A program made the position numbers and the translations under genes. A model generated the notes under the pieces. That model worked only from the letters and a program-made list of their open reading frames with translations. It searched no databases and had not been told where the DNA came from. Shown here one piece after another: positions 1 through 7,289 of a stretch of DNA of 12,213 bases; within the stretch, counting starts at the first letter, position 1; each line of letters begins with the position of its first letter. The DNA is from Gemmatimonadales bacterium (GTDB lineage Bacteria > Gemmatimonadota > Gemmatimonadetes > Gemmatimonadales > GWC2-71-9): the NCBI GenBank assembly GCA_038321865.1, contig JBBQFH010000055.1:1-12213 (forward strand). Direction: 5' to 3'.

Positions 1-9
1 GAGGTCGCC

Positions 10-312
10 TTGCTCAGTATCGCACGCCTCGCATCTCCTGAACAGCCCGCGCCGCCAACGCCGTCACCGTCGCGCCCGCGCAACTGCCGGTGCCCCGCAT
101 GCGAGGCATTGCCTCCGGGCGCCCCGTCCGTCTCGCGCGACAACCCCGGCGAGGCGCTGCGCGTCACGCCGTTCGTGGACGGCTGGTGGTGCGAGTGCAG
201 CAAGAATCCCGTCTACGGGACGGGCGGCTCGCCGGGCTGCGCCCACATCCGCGCGGTCATCGCCTTCCGCGAGCACGACCGGGCCGAGTGCGCGATCGGA
301 GGGTTGCGGTGA
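10..312 (+). CDS. SWIM-type zinc-finger protein
   Basis: WWCECSKNPVYGTGGSPGCAHIRAV fits the SWIM pattern CxC-xn-CxH; an extra CRCPAC lies upstream. The stop overlaps the next GTG (GTGA 309-312). The TTG start is uncertain at the window edge. Confidence 0.7.
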   Translation: MLSIARLASPEQPAPPTPSPSRPRNCRCPACEALPPGAPSVSRDNPGEALRVTPFVDGWWCECSKNPVYGTGGSPGCAHIRAVIAFREHDRAECAIGGLR

Positions 313-506
313 ACGGGACGGATCGCAGTCACCGCCGGGCGCGCATCCTGGCCGAGCTGCGGCACGTGGCGCTGCGGCAGACCGAGTACGTGCGCCAGTT
401 CGAATGTCGCTATGGCCCCACCCACCCCAAGACCAGGCGTCAGGCGGGGTTCCTGGAGACGACGACGCGCCAGGTGCGGGCGCTGGAATGCGAGGCGATG
501 CCATGA
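309..506 (+). CDS. Hypothetical phage protein (65 aa, MNGTDRSHRRARILAEL...)
   Basis: GTG 309 overlaps the upstream TGA and the stop overlaps ATG 503; this is the 3' part of track ORF 90..506. Confidence 0.65.
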   Translation: MNGTDRSHRRARILAELRHVALRQTEYVRQFECRYGPTHPKTRRQAGFLETTTRQVRALECEAMP

Positions 507-715
507 GCGACACGCAGCGACGGCTGCTGCTGCTGGCGGTTCGGGGGTTCAGCGATGTGGAGATCGCGGCGCTGTGCCGCCTCAAGGCGACGGACTGGGC
601 CGCCACGGGGCTGGACCGCGGCCCGCAACCGCCAGCGTCCGAGTTCCCGGCGCGCCTGGTCTGCCTGCTGGTGACGGGGTTGCTGTTCGGCGTCGTGCTG
701 GGGCTGCGCGCATGA
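503..715 (+). CDS. Small membrane protein with N-terminal HTH-like segment (70 aa)
   Basis: ATGA overlaps at both ends; MSDTQRRLLLLAVRGFSDVEIAALCRL resembles the start of a LuxR/sigma-region-4 HTH; hydrophobic C-terminal helix LVCLLVTGLLFGVVLGL. Confidence 0.6.
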   Translation: MSDTQRRLLLLAVRGFSDVEIAALCRLKATDWAATGLDRGPQPPASEFPARLVCLLVTGLLFGVVLGLRA

Positions 716-960
716 GCCCCGAGATGATCCTGGCCGAGACGAAGGAGCTGCTGGCGGTGGCGCGGCTCAGGGGCGGCGATCCGGGGCGCATCGCGTTCCT
801 CGAGGGCGAGGTCGCGCGCATGACGGCGGAGGTGGCGCGGGCGCATCCGCCGGTGCCGCCCGCGGCCCGTGGCGAAGGAACGGTGGGGCACGCGCGCGCC
901 GTTCGGGGACGGACCGCGGGCTTCGCGGTGGCGCGGGCGATGTTCGGGAGGCGCTCATGA
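712..960 (+). CDS. Hypothetical phage protein (82 aa, MSPEMILAETKELL...)
   Basis: ATGA overlaps at 712-715 and 957-960; 3' part of track ORF 412..960. Confidence 0.65.
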   Translation: MSPEMILAETKELLAVARLRGGDPGRIAFLEGEVARMTAEVARAHPPVPPAARGEGTVGHARAVRGRTAGFAVARAMFGRRS

Positions 961-1208
961 GCGTCATGGCCAAGAGGCGGACGCCGCCCCGCTTCTCGAC
1001 GCGACGCCCCGCGGTGGCGCAGCTCACGCGCCACCAGCTCAACGTCGACACGCGCGCCAAGAGGCGCGCCGCTGCCAAGGCGATCGGGGGCTCTTCGCGG
1101 TTGCCCACGTGGGGCTGGTCGCTGGTGGCGATCGCGGCGTCAATCGCATGTGTCGTGTTGTGGATAGCGGTATTTGGGGCGCACGGACTGCGCCCGGGAG
1201 CGTACTGA
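957..1208 (+). CDS. Small basic protein with one C-terminal transmembrane helix (83 aa)
   Basis: ATGA overlap, GGGAGG just upstream; Arg-rich N-terminus then WGWSLVAIAASIACVVLWIAVFG. Confidence 0.7.
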   Translation: MSVMAKRRTPPRFSTRRPAVAQLTRHQLNVDTRAKRRAAAKAIGGSSRLPTWGWSLVAIAASIACVVLWIAVFGAHGLRPGAY

Positions 1209-1209
1209 A

Positions 1210-3255
1210 ATGAGCACCGATCTTCGCACCATCCCCAATGGCACGGCGCGCGAGCTGGCGCCGGTTGCCACAGATCTCGTCAAGGGTTTCGCACTGCTGG
1301 ACTCCTACGCCGGCGGCGAGGTGGACGAGGCGCCGCGGCTGGACGCGCTGGCCACCATCAGCGCCGGCCAGAAGGTCACCAAGGATGGGAAGACGTTCCC
1401 GTCGCGAAGCCGTGACGGCACGATCGTCCTGCACGACGACGAGGGCCGGGCGCCGGGCCTGCGGGCGGCGCTCGAAGCGACCGGATACAAGCGGCTGACG
1501 ATCGCGTTTCCGTTCGACGATCCGCGGCTCTTCATTCAACAGCGGTTCGTGCTGTACAGCGCAACCAAGCTGGAAATCTACGGCGACGAGCGAGAAATCC
1601 GCGTGCTCGGGCCCGCCGGAATGGTGACGCACCGTGCAGGAACCGCCGAGTACGAGGCCACGGCAAAGCGCTGCAAGGTGAGCGTCTCGGTGTACTTCAC
1701 GCTCGCGGAATGGGGCGACAACGGGCCCGAAGTGGTACTCGCGGATGGCCTTGGGATGTACCGCCTGCGCTTCACCAGCCGCAATTCGCTCCGCTCCATT
1801 GTCGGGACACTGAAGCACGTCGCGAAGTTCAGCCACGGCCGGGTTGCGGGCATCCCGTTCGACCTGGTGCTGGTGAATCGCGACACGTCGGACGGGCAGG
1901 GAGTGCGTCGCGATATTTGCGTGTGGACCCTGGTCATGCGGCCTCCCGACACGCTGCGGCTGACGTCTCGCACGTTCGCCGACACGCTGGCGAAAGGGTT
2001 GAAGCAGGGCGAGGCGCTGATGCTGCCGGCCCCGAGCGCGGAGACGCTGGAATGGGCCGCTGCCGAAGGCCCGGACGTCGATCTGGACGAGGCGAGCGAG
2101 GAGGAGGCAGCCCTGATCGGGCGGGGCGGCGCCTGCAATCGCGACCACTGGCTGAAGCGATGGCACGCGCTGGTGGACGGCACGGAGTTGGACTCCGACG
2201 AGGCGCGAGCGGCGTTCCTCGACGACTACACCGCCCACGCCACGCGCTGGTCGGGCCCGCGCACGCGCAGCCTGGGGGACTTCTTGCTGCGCGCGACCGA
2301 GGAGGACGCGTCCGCGCTCATCGCGGAGGCGCTGGACTTCCTGCTCGCGCGCGGAGGCTCCGCCGCCGACGCGGACCCGCTGCGCATGGTGCGCCTGCAG
2401 CGGCAGCTCCTCGAGACGCTGACGGAGCCGCTCTCGCGCGACGCGTTCCGCGTGTTGGCCATGCAGCTCCCGGGCTTCGACGATCGCGCGGCCATCAATG
2501 CGGCCCTGCAGATCAAGGACTTCATGGCGTGGGAGGCGCAGGGGCGCGGCACGTGGGCGGACGCCTTGCGGATCCTGCACGCGCAGGTGGAGGCGCCGCC
2601 GGCGGCGGGAGAGCCGACCGTGATCGAGGGCGAGGTTCGCGAGGTGAGCGCCCCGGCCACGCTCGCGGGCCCGGTGCCCGCGGCCGGTGACGCGCCGACG
2701 GAGTCACCGGCCGAGCCGTCGAAGCGGGACCTGCAGCGATTCTGGATCCGCATGGGCGAGCTGGGCCTCAACCACGAGGAGGTGCACCGCATCCTGGGCG
2801 TGGCCAGCAGCAAGGAGCTGGCCCACCTGGCCGATGCCGAGGCGCGCGTGCGGGCCGCGCTGGAGGCGCGAGCAGAGGCAGAGGCCCAGGAGATCGAGGA
2901 TCAGGAAGCCGCGGACGACGGCGGGGTGGGCGAGGTTGACCCGCTGGTGGAGGACGCGCTCGCGGAGATCGCGGCACTGCGCGGCGAGCAGTCCGCACGC
3001 CCGACCGAGGATCAGCTCACCGACGCGACCCAGCCGCGGCGCAACGAGGTCGGGGTCGCCCTGGCCGCGATCGGGCTCAAGAACGGCGAGGCCAAGCGCT
3101 TCGTTGAAGTCGTCTTCGACAAAGCCCCCGGCACCGTCCTCTCGGTCGCGCAGGCCGACGTGCTGGATGCGTGGGCGAAGCGCCAGGGCTCCGGGTACAA
3201 GGCCAGCAAGGTCATGGCCGTCTATGGCGGCCGCAGCGCCCTGGTGGGCTCGTGA
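1210..3255 (+). CDS. Gp3-like (recombination directionality factor-like) domain protein with long C-terminal extension (681 aa)
   Basis: ATG 1210 one base after the previous stop, GGGAG upstream. N-terminal motifs ISAGQKVTKDGKTFP, LTIAFPFDD, CKVSVSVYF, GLGMYRLRFTSRNS and GRVAGIPFDLVL match my recollection of the phiC31 Gp3-like family; followed by acidic/Pro-Ala linkers and small helical domains. Confidence 0.7.
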   Translation: MSTDLRTIPNGTARELAPVATDLVKGFALLDSYAGGEVDEAPRLDALATISAGQKVTKDGKTFPSRSRDGTIVLHDDEGRAPGLRAALEATGYKRLTIAFPFDDPRLFIQQRFVLYSATKLEIYGDEREIRVLGPAGMVTHRAGTAEYEATAKRCKVSVSVYFTLAEWGDNGPEVVLADGLGMYRLRFTSRNSLRSIVGTLKHVAKFSHGRVAGIPFDLVLVNRDTSDGQGVRRDICVWTLVMRPPDTLRLTSRTFADTLAKGLKQGEALMLPAPSAETLEWAAAEGPDVDLDEASEEEAALIGRGGACNRDHWLKRWHALVDGTELDSDEARAAFLDDYTAHATRWSGPRTRSLGDFLLRATEEDASALIAEALDFLLARGGSAADADPLRMVRLQRQLLETLTEPLSRDAFRVLAMQLPGFDDRAAINAALQIKDFMAWEAQGRGTWADALRILHAQVEAPPAAGEPTVIEGEVREVSAPATLAGPVPAAGDAPTESPAEPSKRDLQRFWIRMGELGLNHEEVHRILGVASSKELAHLADAEARVRAALEARAEAEAQEIEDQEAADDGGVGEVDPLVEDALAEIAALRGEQSARPTEDQLTDATQPRRNEVGVALAAIGLKNGEAKRFVEVVFDKAPGTVLSVAQADVLDAWAKRQGSGYKASKVMAVYGGRSALVGS

Positions 3256-3671
3256 TGCGCATCTCGGTCGACTGGCGGCTCACGCTCCTGGTCAACGCGC
3301 TCCTGTGGGCGAGCATGTTCGCGATCGCCTTCGCGCGCGAGCCGCAGTCCGCGGGGGCCTCGGAGCCGTTCACGATGGACGACACCCTGGCCGCGGTCGA
3401 CGGCGCCCCGGAGCCGATCGGCTGCCTGGTCTACCACGAGACCTGGCCGCACTGGGATCCCTACAGCGTGGGTGCGGCGGGCGAGCTGGGCGCCGCGCAG
3501 CTGCACCCCGGCGGGGAGCTCCCCGCCTTCCTGCACGGGGACTGGACTCCGCTGCCGCCGTCGGAGCGCGACCCCTTCAACCCGGACCAGGCAGTCGCCT
3601 ACCTCGAGTGGTACGGCGCCACGCACGACGGCACCTACGAGCCCTGGAGCACCTGGAGGCTGTGCGCATGA
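3255..3671 (+). CDS. Secreted or membrane-anchored lysozyme-like / SLT transglycosylase domain protein (138 aa)
   Basis: TGATG overlap at 3253-3257; N-terminal hydrophobic segment LTLLVNALLWASMFAIAFA; SLT-like motifs CLVYHET (catalytic Glu position), GELGAAQL (GLxQ equivalent), DPFNPDQAVAY and terminal PWSTWRLC. Confidence 0.7.
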   Translation: MRISVDWRLTLLVNALLWASMFAIAFAREPQSAGASEPFTMDDTLAAVDGAPEPIGCLVYHETWPHWDPYSVGAAGELGAAQLHPGGELPAFLHGDWTPLPPSERDPFNPDQAVAYLEWYGATHDGTYEPWSTWRLCA

Positions 3672-4417
3672 GCGCGGATGAGCACACACCCACGTTCAGC
3701 GTCGCCCGGTTGGCGCGGATGTTCGGGTTCAGTTCGCTGAATCCCGTGCAGGCCTGGTTGGGCTCCGGCCTTCTCCGCGCCTCCAAGACGGGCGAGGGCA
3801 AGACCGTGCGGCATCTGGTCTCGCCAGAGTCCGTACTCGCATTCGTGCAGAGCCAGCCGGACGCCTACGACTGGCGAACGATCTCTGACGAGCGCCTGAA
3901 AGCGTATGCGCGGCGTGTGGAGGAGCGCGACCCGCTGGTGCCCATCGGCGAACTTGCGGCATCGACGTCGGCGTCCGAGCCGGAACTCCGGGGTTTGGCC
4001 CGCAAGGGCGTCATCCCGCTGGTGGCCAGGGGCAGCGGCGGCCGGGGCGGCGGCAAGCGATCGTGGTGGATCCGGCGCTCCAAGATGGCCGGTGCCGCGG
4101 CCGCCGTCTCGCAGGCTCGCCGCGTCGCAGATCCGCTATCCGCCCTGCATTCACTCCTGGATCGTGCGGAGCGGGTGCCCGCGCCGACCGCCGCGGGAGC
4201 TGCGGCGGTCGCCACCGCGCCGACGTCACGCCTGACCTCGGCCGCGGCCCTGCCGGCCATCAAGTGTCCCAGGTGCGGCAGCCGGATGATGCGGACCTTC
4301 GCCGACGAGCTCAGCGAGGATACCGTGGACAAGTGCCTGTCCTGCGGCCACGAGCTGCCGGTGCAGGCGAAGAATGAGGGACCGAAGGCACTCGCGGCCG
4401 CGGCGGGGTGGGCATGA
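3668..4417 (+). CDS. DNA-binding protein: two Xis/MerR-like winged HTH domains plus C-terminal Zn ribbon (249 aa)
   Basis: ATGA overlap, GGAGG upstream; FSVARLARMFGFSSLNPVQAWLGSGLLRA and VPIGELAASTSASEPELRGLARKGVIP are HTH_17-like; CPRCG...CLSCG Zn ribbon. Confidence 0.72.
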   Translation: MSADEHTPTFSVARLARMFGFSSLNPVQAWLGSGLLRASKTGEGKTVRHLVSPESVLAFVQSQPDAYDWRTISDERLKAYARRVEERDPLVPIGELAASTSASEPELRGLARKGVIPLVARGSGGRGGGKRSWWIRRSKMAGAAAAVSQARRVADPLSALHSLLDRAERVPAPTAAGAAAVATAPTSRLTSAAALPAIKCPRCGSRMMRTFADELSEDTVDKCLSCGHELPVQAKNEGPKALAAAAGWA

Positions 4418-4638
4418 TCGCCCGGCAACCCTCCGCGGAGCTCGACGCGGCGATGTTCGACGAGTGCGAGCGGATCGTCCTGCGCAACCTGCCCGCATTC
4501 AAGGATGCCCTGGTGGCGTTGCGCGCGATCCAGCGGTGCGGGATCTCGGAGCTGGGCCGCCGCGGCTACACCTCGTTCGAAGATTACTGCGGGCGCCGCC
4601 TAGGGTGGGGCGACGTGGTCCACCTGGTGGAATCGTGA
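4414..4638 (+). CDS. Hypothetical phage protein (74 aa)
   Basis: ATGA overlap; ECERIVLRNLPAFKDALVALRAIQ...GYTSFEDYCGRRLGW resembles a helical module I recall from phage proteins (L.EI...RLY...TFEDYC.ERW type). Confidence 0.65.
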   Translation: MIARQPSAELDAAMFDECERIVLRNLPAFKDALVALRAIQRCGISELGRRGYTSFEDYCGRRLGWGDVVHLVES

Positions 4639-4868
4639 GAGCTGGCACGAGCGCCCAACTCCCGCCCGCCGAGGTCGGGGAGAGGGCTGCACCGCTGCGC
4701 ATCCGCGGGCGTTGCGGGTCGTGCCATCGGCAGCGCAAGGACCCGGCAGACCGGTGGATCACGTTCGAGGTGTGGGACGACCTGACGCTCCCATGGGCCG
4801 AGCGTCGCTCGGTGTGCGGCGTGGCGTGCCTGCTGGCAGCGATCGGCGCTCAGGGGGTGGATTCCTGA
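4635..4868 (+). CDS. Small putative Zn-finger protein (77 aa)
   Basis: GTGA overlap; CGSC...CGVAC (CxxC-xn-CxxxC, treble-clef-like spacing); stop overlaps the next ATG. Confidence 0.65.
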   Translation: MRAGTSAQLPPAEVGERAAPLRIRGRCGSCHRQRKDPADRWITFEVWDDLTLPWAERRSVCGVACLLAAIGAQGVDS

Positions 4869-5314
4869 TGGCCCGGAGTCTCCTGAGCCCGAGCGGCATC
4901 TGTCCCAAGTGCGGCGCTCGCGTGGAGCGCAGCCGCGTGCTCGGCCGCCCGGTCGACGTGGAGGGCGTGGGCGGGCCGCACTGCTGCCGCCTCCCCGTCC
5001 CGTCGCTGCTGGTGCCCGTGGAGTGCACCTGCGGGGCGCGCGTCGAGCGCGACGAATCGGACCTGTCGAAATGGGAGCCGGACGGATCCCCGCACGACTG
5101 CAGCGTGCGGCCCGTCGTTCACGTTGGGGCGCGGGGGGACGAGGGCCCCCAGTCCGCGCGTGCGCGCGCGGCTGGGAACCCGGACGAGTCCCGGCCCGCG
5201 GCGACGCGGGCGAAAGCAACAACGGCGGCCCCGGGGTCTGTTGCGGCCGCCGCCCCCCGCGCACACCCCGCCAGTAAGCCTCTCGATCTGCTGCCCAGAG
5301 TGTTGGGTGGATGA
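4868..5314 (+). CDS. Protein with two tandem Cys/His Zn-binding repeats and a low-complexity tail (148 aa)
   Basis: TGATG overlap; CPKCGARVER...GPHCC and CTCGARVER...SPHDC; Ala/Pro-rich tail; stop overlaps the helicase ATG. Confidence 0.68.
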   Translation: MARSLLSPSGICPKCGARVERSRVLGRPVDVEGVGGPHCCRLPVPSLLVPVECTCGARVERDESDLSKWEPDGSPHDCSVRPVVHVGARGDEGPQSARARAAGNPDESRPAATRAKATTAAPGSVAAAAPRAHPASKPLDLLPRVLGG

Positions 5315-6711
5315 GTGCGCCGACGTTCACGCGAGAGGGCGACGAGTACCACTTCGACTTCGAGGATGCCGGCGTGCGGCTGACGATCGAGCGGATCGAC
5401 GAATCCGACGGGCGCCTCTCCGGCCATGTGTGGGCGCGGAGCATCCACCCGGATCGGCAGGGGTTGCTGTACTGGGGCTGGCACGGCCTGGACAGCCCGC
5501 GCAGCCGGGCCGACCTGGCGAAGGAGATCGCGGCGCGGACGCCGGCGGTGTCGCTGGAGGCGTGGCGCGACATGGTGCTGCTGGCCTGCATCGAGGCGGG
5601 CAAGGCCTATCGCGGAGCGACCGAGCACGTGGAGTTGGCCGACGTGCCTCGCCGGGTGGGGTTGCGCCTGCTGTTCCCGGGAATCCCGCTCGGGGAGACG
5701 ACGACGATCTTCGCCGACGGCGAGACCGGCAAGAGCACGCTCGGCCGCCTCCTCGCGCTCGCCGTCGTCACCGGCAACCCGATGGGGGGCTTCACGCCGT
5801 CGCTCCAGGGGCCGGTGATGTTCCTGGACTACGAGACGAACCGCTTCGAATACGCCGAGGACATGCTCGCGTTGTGCCGCGGGATGGGGCTCTCGGAGAT
5901 CCCGCGCGGGCTGCACTACTACGAGATGCAGCGCCCGCTCGCGCACGAGATCCCCTTCCTGCGCGCGGAGCTGGACCGCACGGGAGCGGTCTTCGTGTTC
6001 CTGGACAGCATCGTGGCGGCGCTCAGCGGGGCGGCGAAGGACGACGATGCCGCCAAGGCGCTCATGAATGGGCTGCGCGCGCTCGGGCCGGCCACCAGGC
6101 TGGCGGCCACGCACATCACCAAGGAGGCCGCGCTGCCGGACGGGATCCGCAAGGTGCCGGCGACGGCGTTCGGCTCGCGCTTCTTCCATGCGTACTCGCG
6201 CTCCCAATTCCAGATGGAGAAGACGGACGAGCACGACGACACGGTGAATCTGGTGCTGCTGCACAAGAAGATCAACCGCGGGCGGAAGCTCACGCCGATC
6301 GGCCTGGAGCTGACGTTCCAGGAGGGCGAGCACCCCGCGATCGTGTTCCGCCGTACGTCGCCGGCGGCCGCGGTGCTCACGCACGGCACCAATCCGGAGC
6401 GGATCCGCGAGGCGCTCCGCCGCGGCGAGGTGGACACCAAGAAACTCGAGGAGGTCACGGGTCTACCGGCGAAGACGCTCAGCACGACGATCGGGCGGAT
6501 GCCCGACGTGGAGCGGGTCAATCGGATGGACGGCAGCGGCCGGGGCATCGTCGCGGTGTACCGGCTGAAGGAAGTCCAACACGTTGGACATACGTTGGAC
6601 TTTTCTCGCCGCAATGTTGGACTTTCGGGGTCGCCAGTGAACGGTACGGGCCGCGAGGCCGGCGACGATACGGGCCCCGAGAGCTTCGAGGAGCAGGAGG
6701 CGGTGTTCTAG
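5311..6711 (+). CDS. RecA-fold AAA_25 / RepA-like replicative helicase-ATPase with C-terminal winged HTH (466 aa)
   Basis: Walker A ADGETGKS (5713-5736), MFLDYE (catalytic Glu strand), Walker B FVFLDS, ATHITK, AFGS and KINRG motifs; C-terminal IREALRRGEVDTKKLEEVTGLPAKTLSTTIGRM is HTH-like. Confidence 0.85.
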   Translation: MSAPTFTREGDEYHFDFEDAGVRLTIERIDESDGRLSGHVWARSIHPDRQGLLYWGWHGLDSPRSRADLAKEIAARTPAVSLEAWRDMVLLACIEAGKAYRGATEHVELADVPRRVGLRLLFPGIPLGETTTIFADGETGKSTLGRLLALAVVTGNPMGGFTPSLQGPVMFLDYETNRFEYAEDMLALCRGMGLSEIPRGLHYYEMQRPLAHEIPFLRAELDRTGAVFVFLDSIVAALSGAAKDDDAAKALMNGLRALGPATRLAATHITKEAALPDGIRKVPATAFGSRFFHAYSRSQFQMEKTDEHDDTVNLVLLHKKINRGRKLTPIGLELTFQEGEHPAIVFRRTSPAAAVLTHGTNPERIREALRRGEVDTKKLEEVTGLPAKTLSTTIGRMPDVERVNRMDGSGRGIVAVYRLKEVQHVGHTLDFSRRNVGLSGSPVNGTGREAGDDTGPESFEEQEAVF

Positions 6712-6800
6712 TGGTCGCAGAAGTCCAACACGCCGGAGCCACGACCAGGAGCGGGGAAGCCCAACAGGAAGTCCAACAAAAGCCCAACGTGTTGGACTTC
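6571..6800. repeat. Nine GYCCAAC iteron-like repeats in two clusters forming a 32-bp imperfect inverted repeat; candidate replication origin
   Basis: Cores GTCCAAC/GCCCAAC on + at 6574, 6723, 6759, 6771, 6782 and GTTGGAC (reverse) at 6583, 6594, 6616, 6791. Segment 6571-6602 is the reverse complement of 6769-6800 at 28 of 32 positions. Confidence 0.85.
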
Positions 6801-7289
6801 TCTGGTTCGCCCCCCACACCCCCCACTCCTGAGTTACGACTCTCGTCACCCCCCTCCGTAGGTTCCCCCCACGCCGTTTCGGGTGGCGGTGAGGGGGAGG
6901 GAGGGCAGGCTTTCCTTGGGGCTGCGCCCCAAACCCCCGACCAGCTCGACGGCCTTCTGGTGAGCTTGGACCTGCAGGGCGTCTCGCTGCGGGCCGATGG
7001 GGAGCTCCTGCGAGCTCGCCCGCAGCCCAATCGGCAGCTCGACTCGGAGACGGCTGACCTGGTCCGTGCGCACAAAGCCGGCCTCATGGCGTGGGTCGGA
7101 ATGGGATTGGCCGAGCGCACCCGGCGACTCGTGGCCGCGTTCGAGGCGGTGCTGCCGACGGTCGGTCGCGAGGTGCAGGAGCTCTACAAGATTCGCGGCC
7201 GGTCGCATCCCGAGGCGCTGGCGGCCGAACGCGGCTTCCTGGTGGCCCTGCGGCGCTTGGAGCAGCTGTACGGAGGGGAGGGAGCATGA
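6711..7289 (+). CDS. Replication-associated protein with TubC_N-like small domain (192 aa if started at GTG 6711)
   Basis: GTG overlaps the helicase TAG, GGAGG at 6696-6700; LLVSLDLQGVSLRADGELLRARP...LVRAHKAGLMAWV resembles the TubC N-terminal docking-like domain often seen beside phage primase/helicase genes. The N-terminal third is low complexity and overlaps the repeat region, so the start is uncertain. Confidence 0.65.
   Translation: MVAEVQHAGATTRSGEAQQEVQQKPNVLDFSGSPPTPPTPELRLSSPPSVGSPHAVSGGGEGEGGQAFLGAAPQTPDQLDGLLVSLDLQGVSLRADGELLRARPQPNRQLDSETADLVRAHKAGLMAWVGMGLAERTRRLVAAFEAVLPTVGREVQELYKIRGRSHPEALAAERGFLVALRRLEQLYGGEGA

Noticed and set aside
1039..2580. Long minus-strand ORFs (513 aa here; also 64..891, 5119..6384, 9504..10565, 10547..11989)
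   Set aside because: Antisense shadows of well-supported + strand genes in high-GC DNA; Arg/Pro/Ala-rich with no motifs.
6571..6800. Repeat array as a CRISPR array or transposon/MITE ends
   Set aside because: Units are 7-10 bp in mixed orientation without unique regular spacers; no cas or transposase gene, no evident target-site duplication, and both reading frames run through intact.
6916..6938. GGGGCTGCGCCCCAAACCCC as a REP-family element
   Set aside because: It resembles GC-rich REP-like palindromes but is single-copy here and inside a CDS; kept only as part of the origin-adjacent structure.
5124..7289. 721-aa ORF overlapping the helicase, and similarly extended track ORFs (2687..4417, 7527..8522, 7823..8770, 8437..9573)
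   Set aside because: Only the 3' parts look like protein; better starts are defined by stop/start overlaps and RBSs, and the upstream parts are off-frame read-through of other genes.
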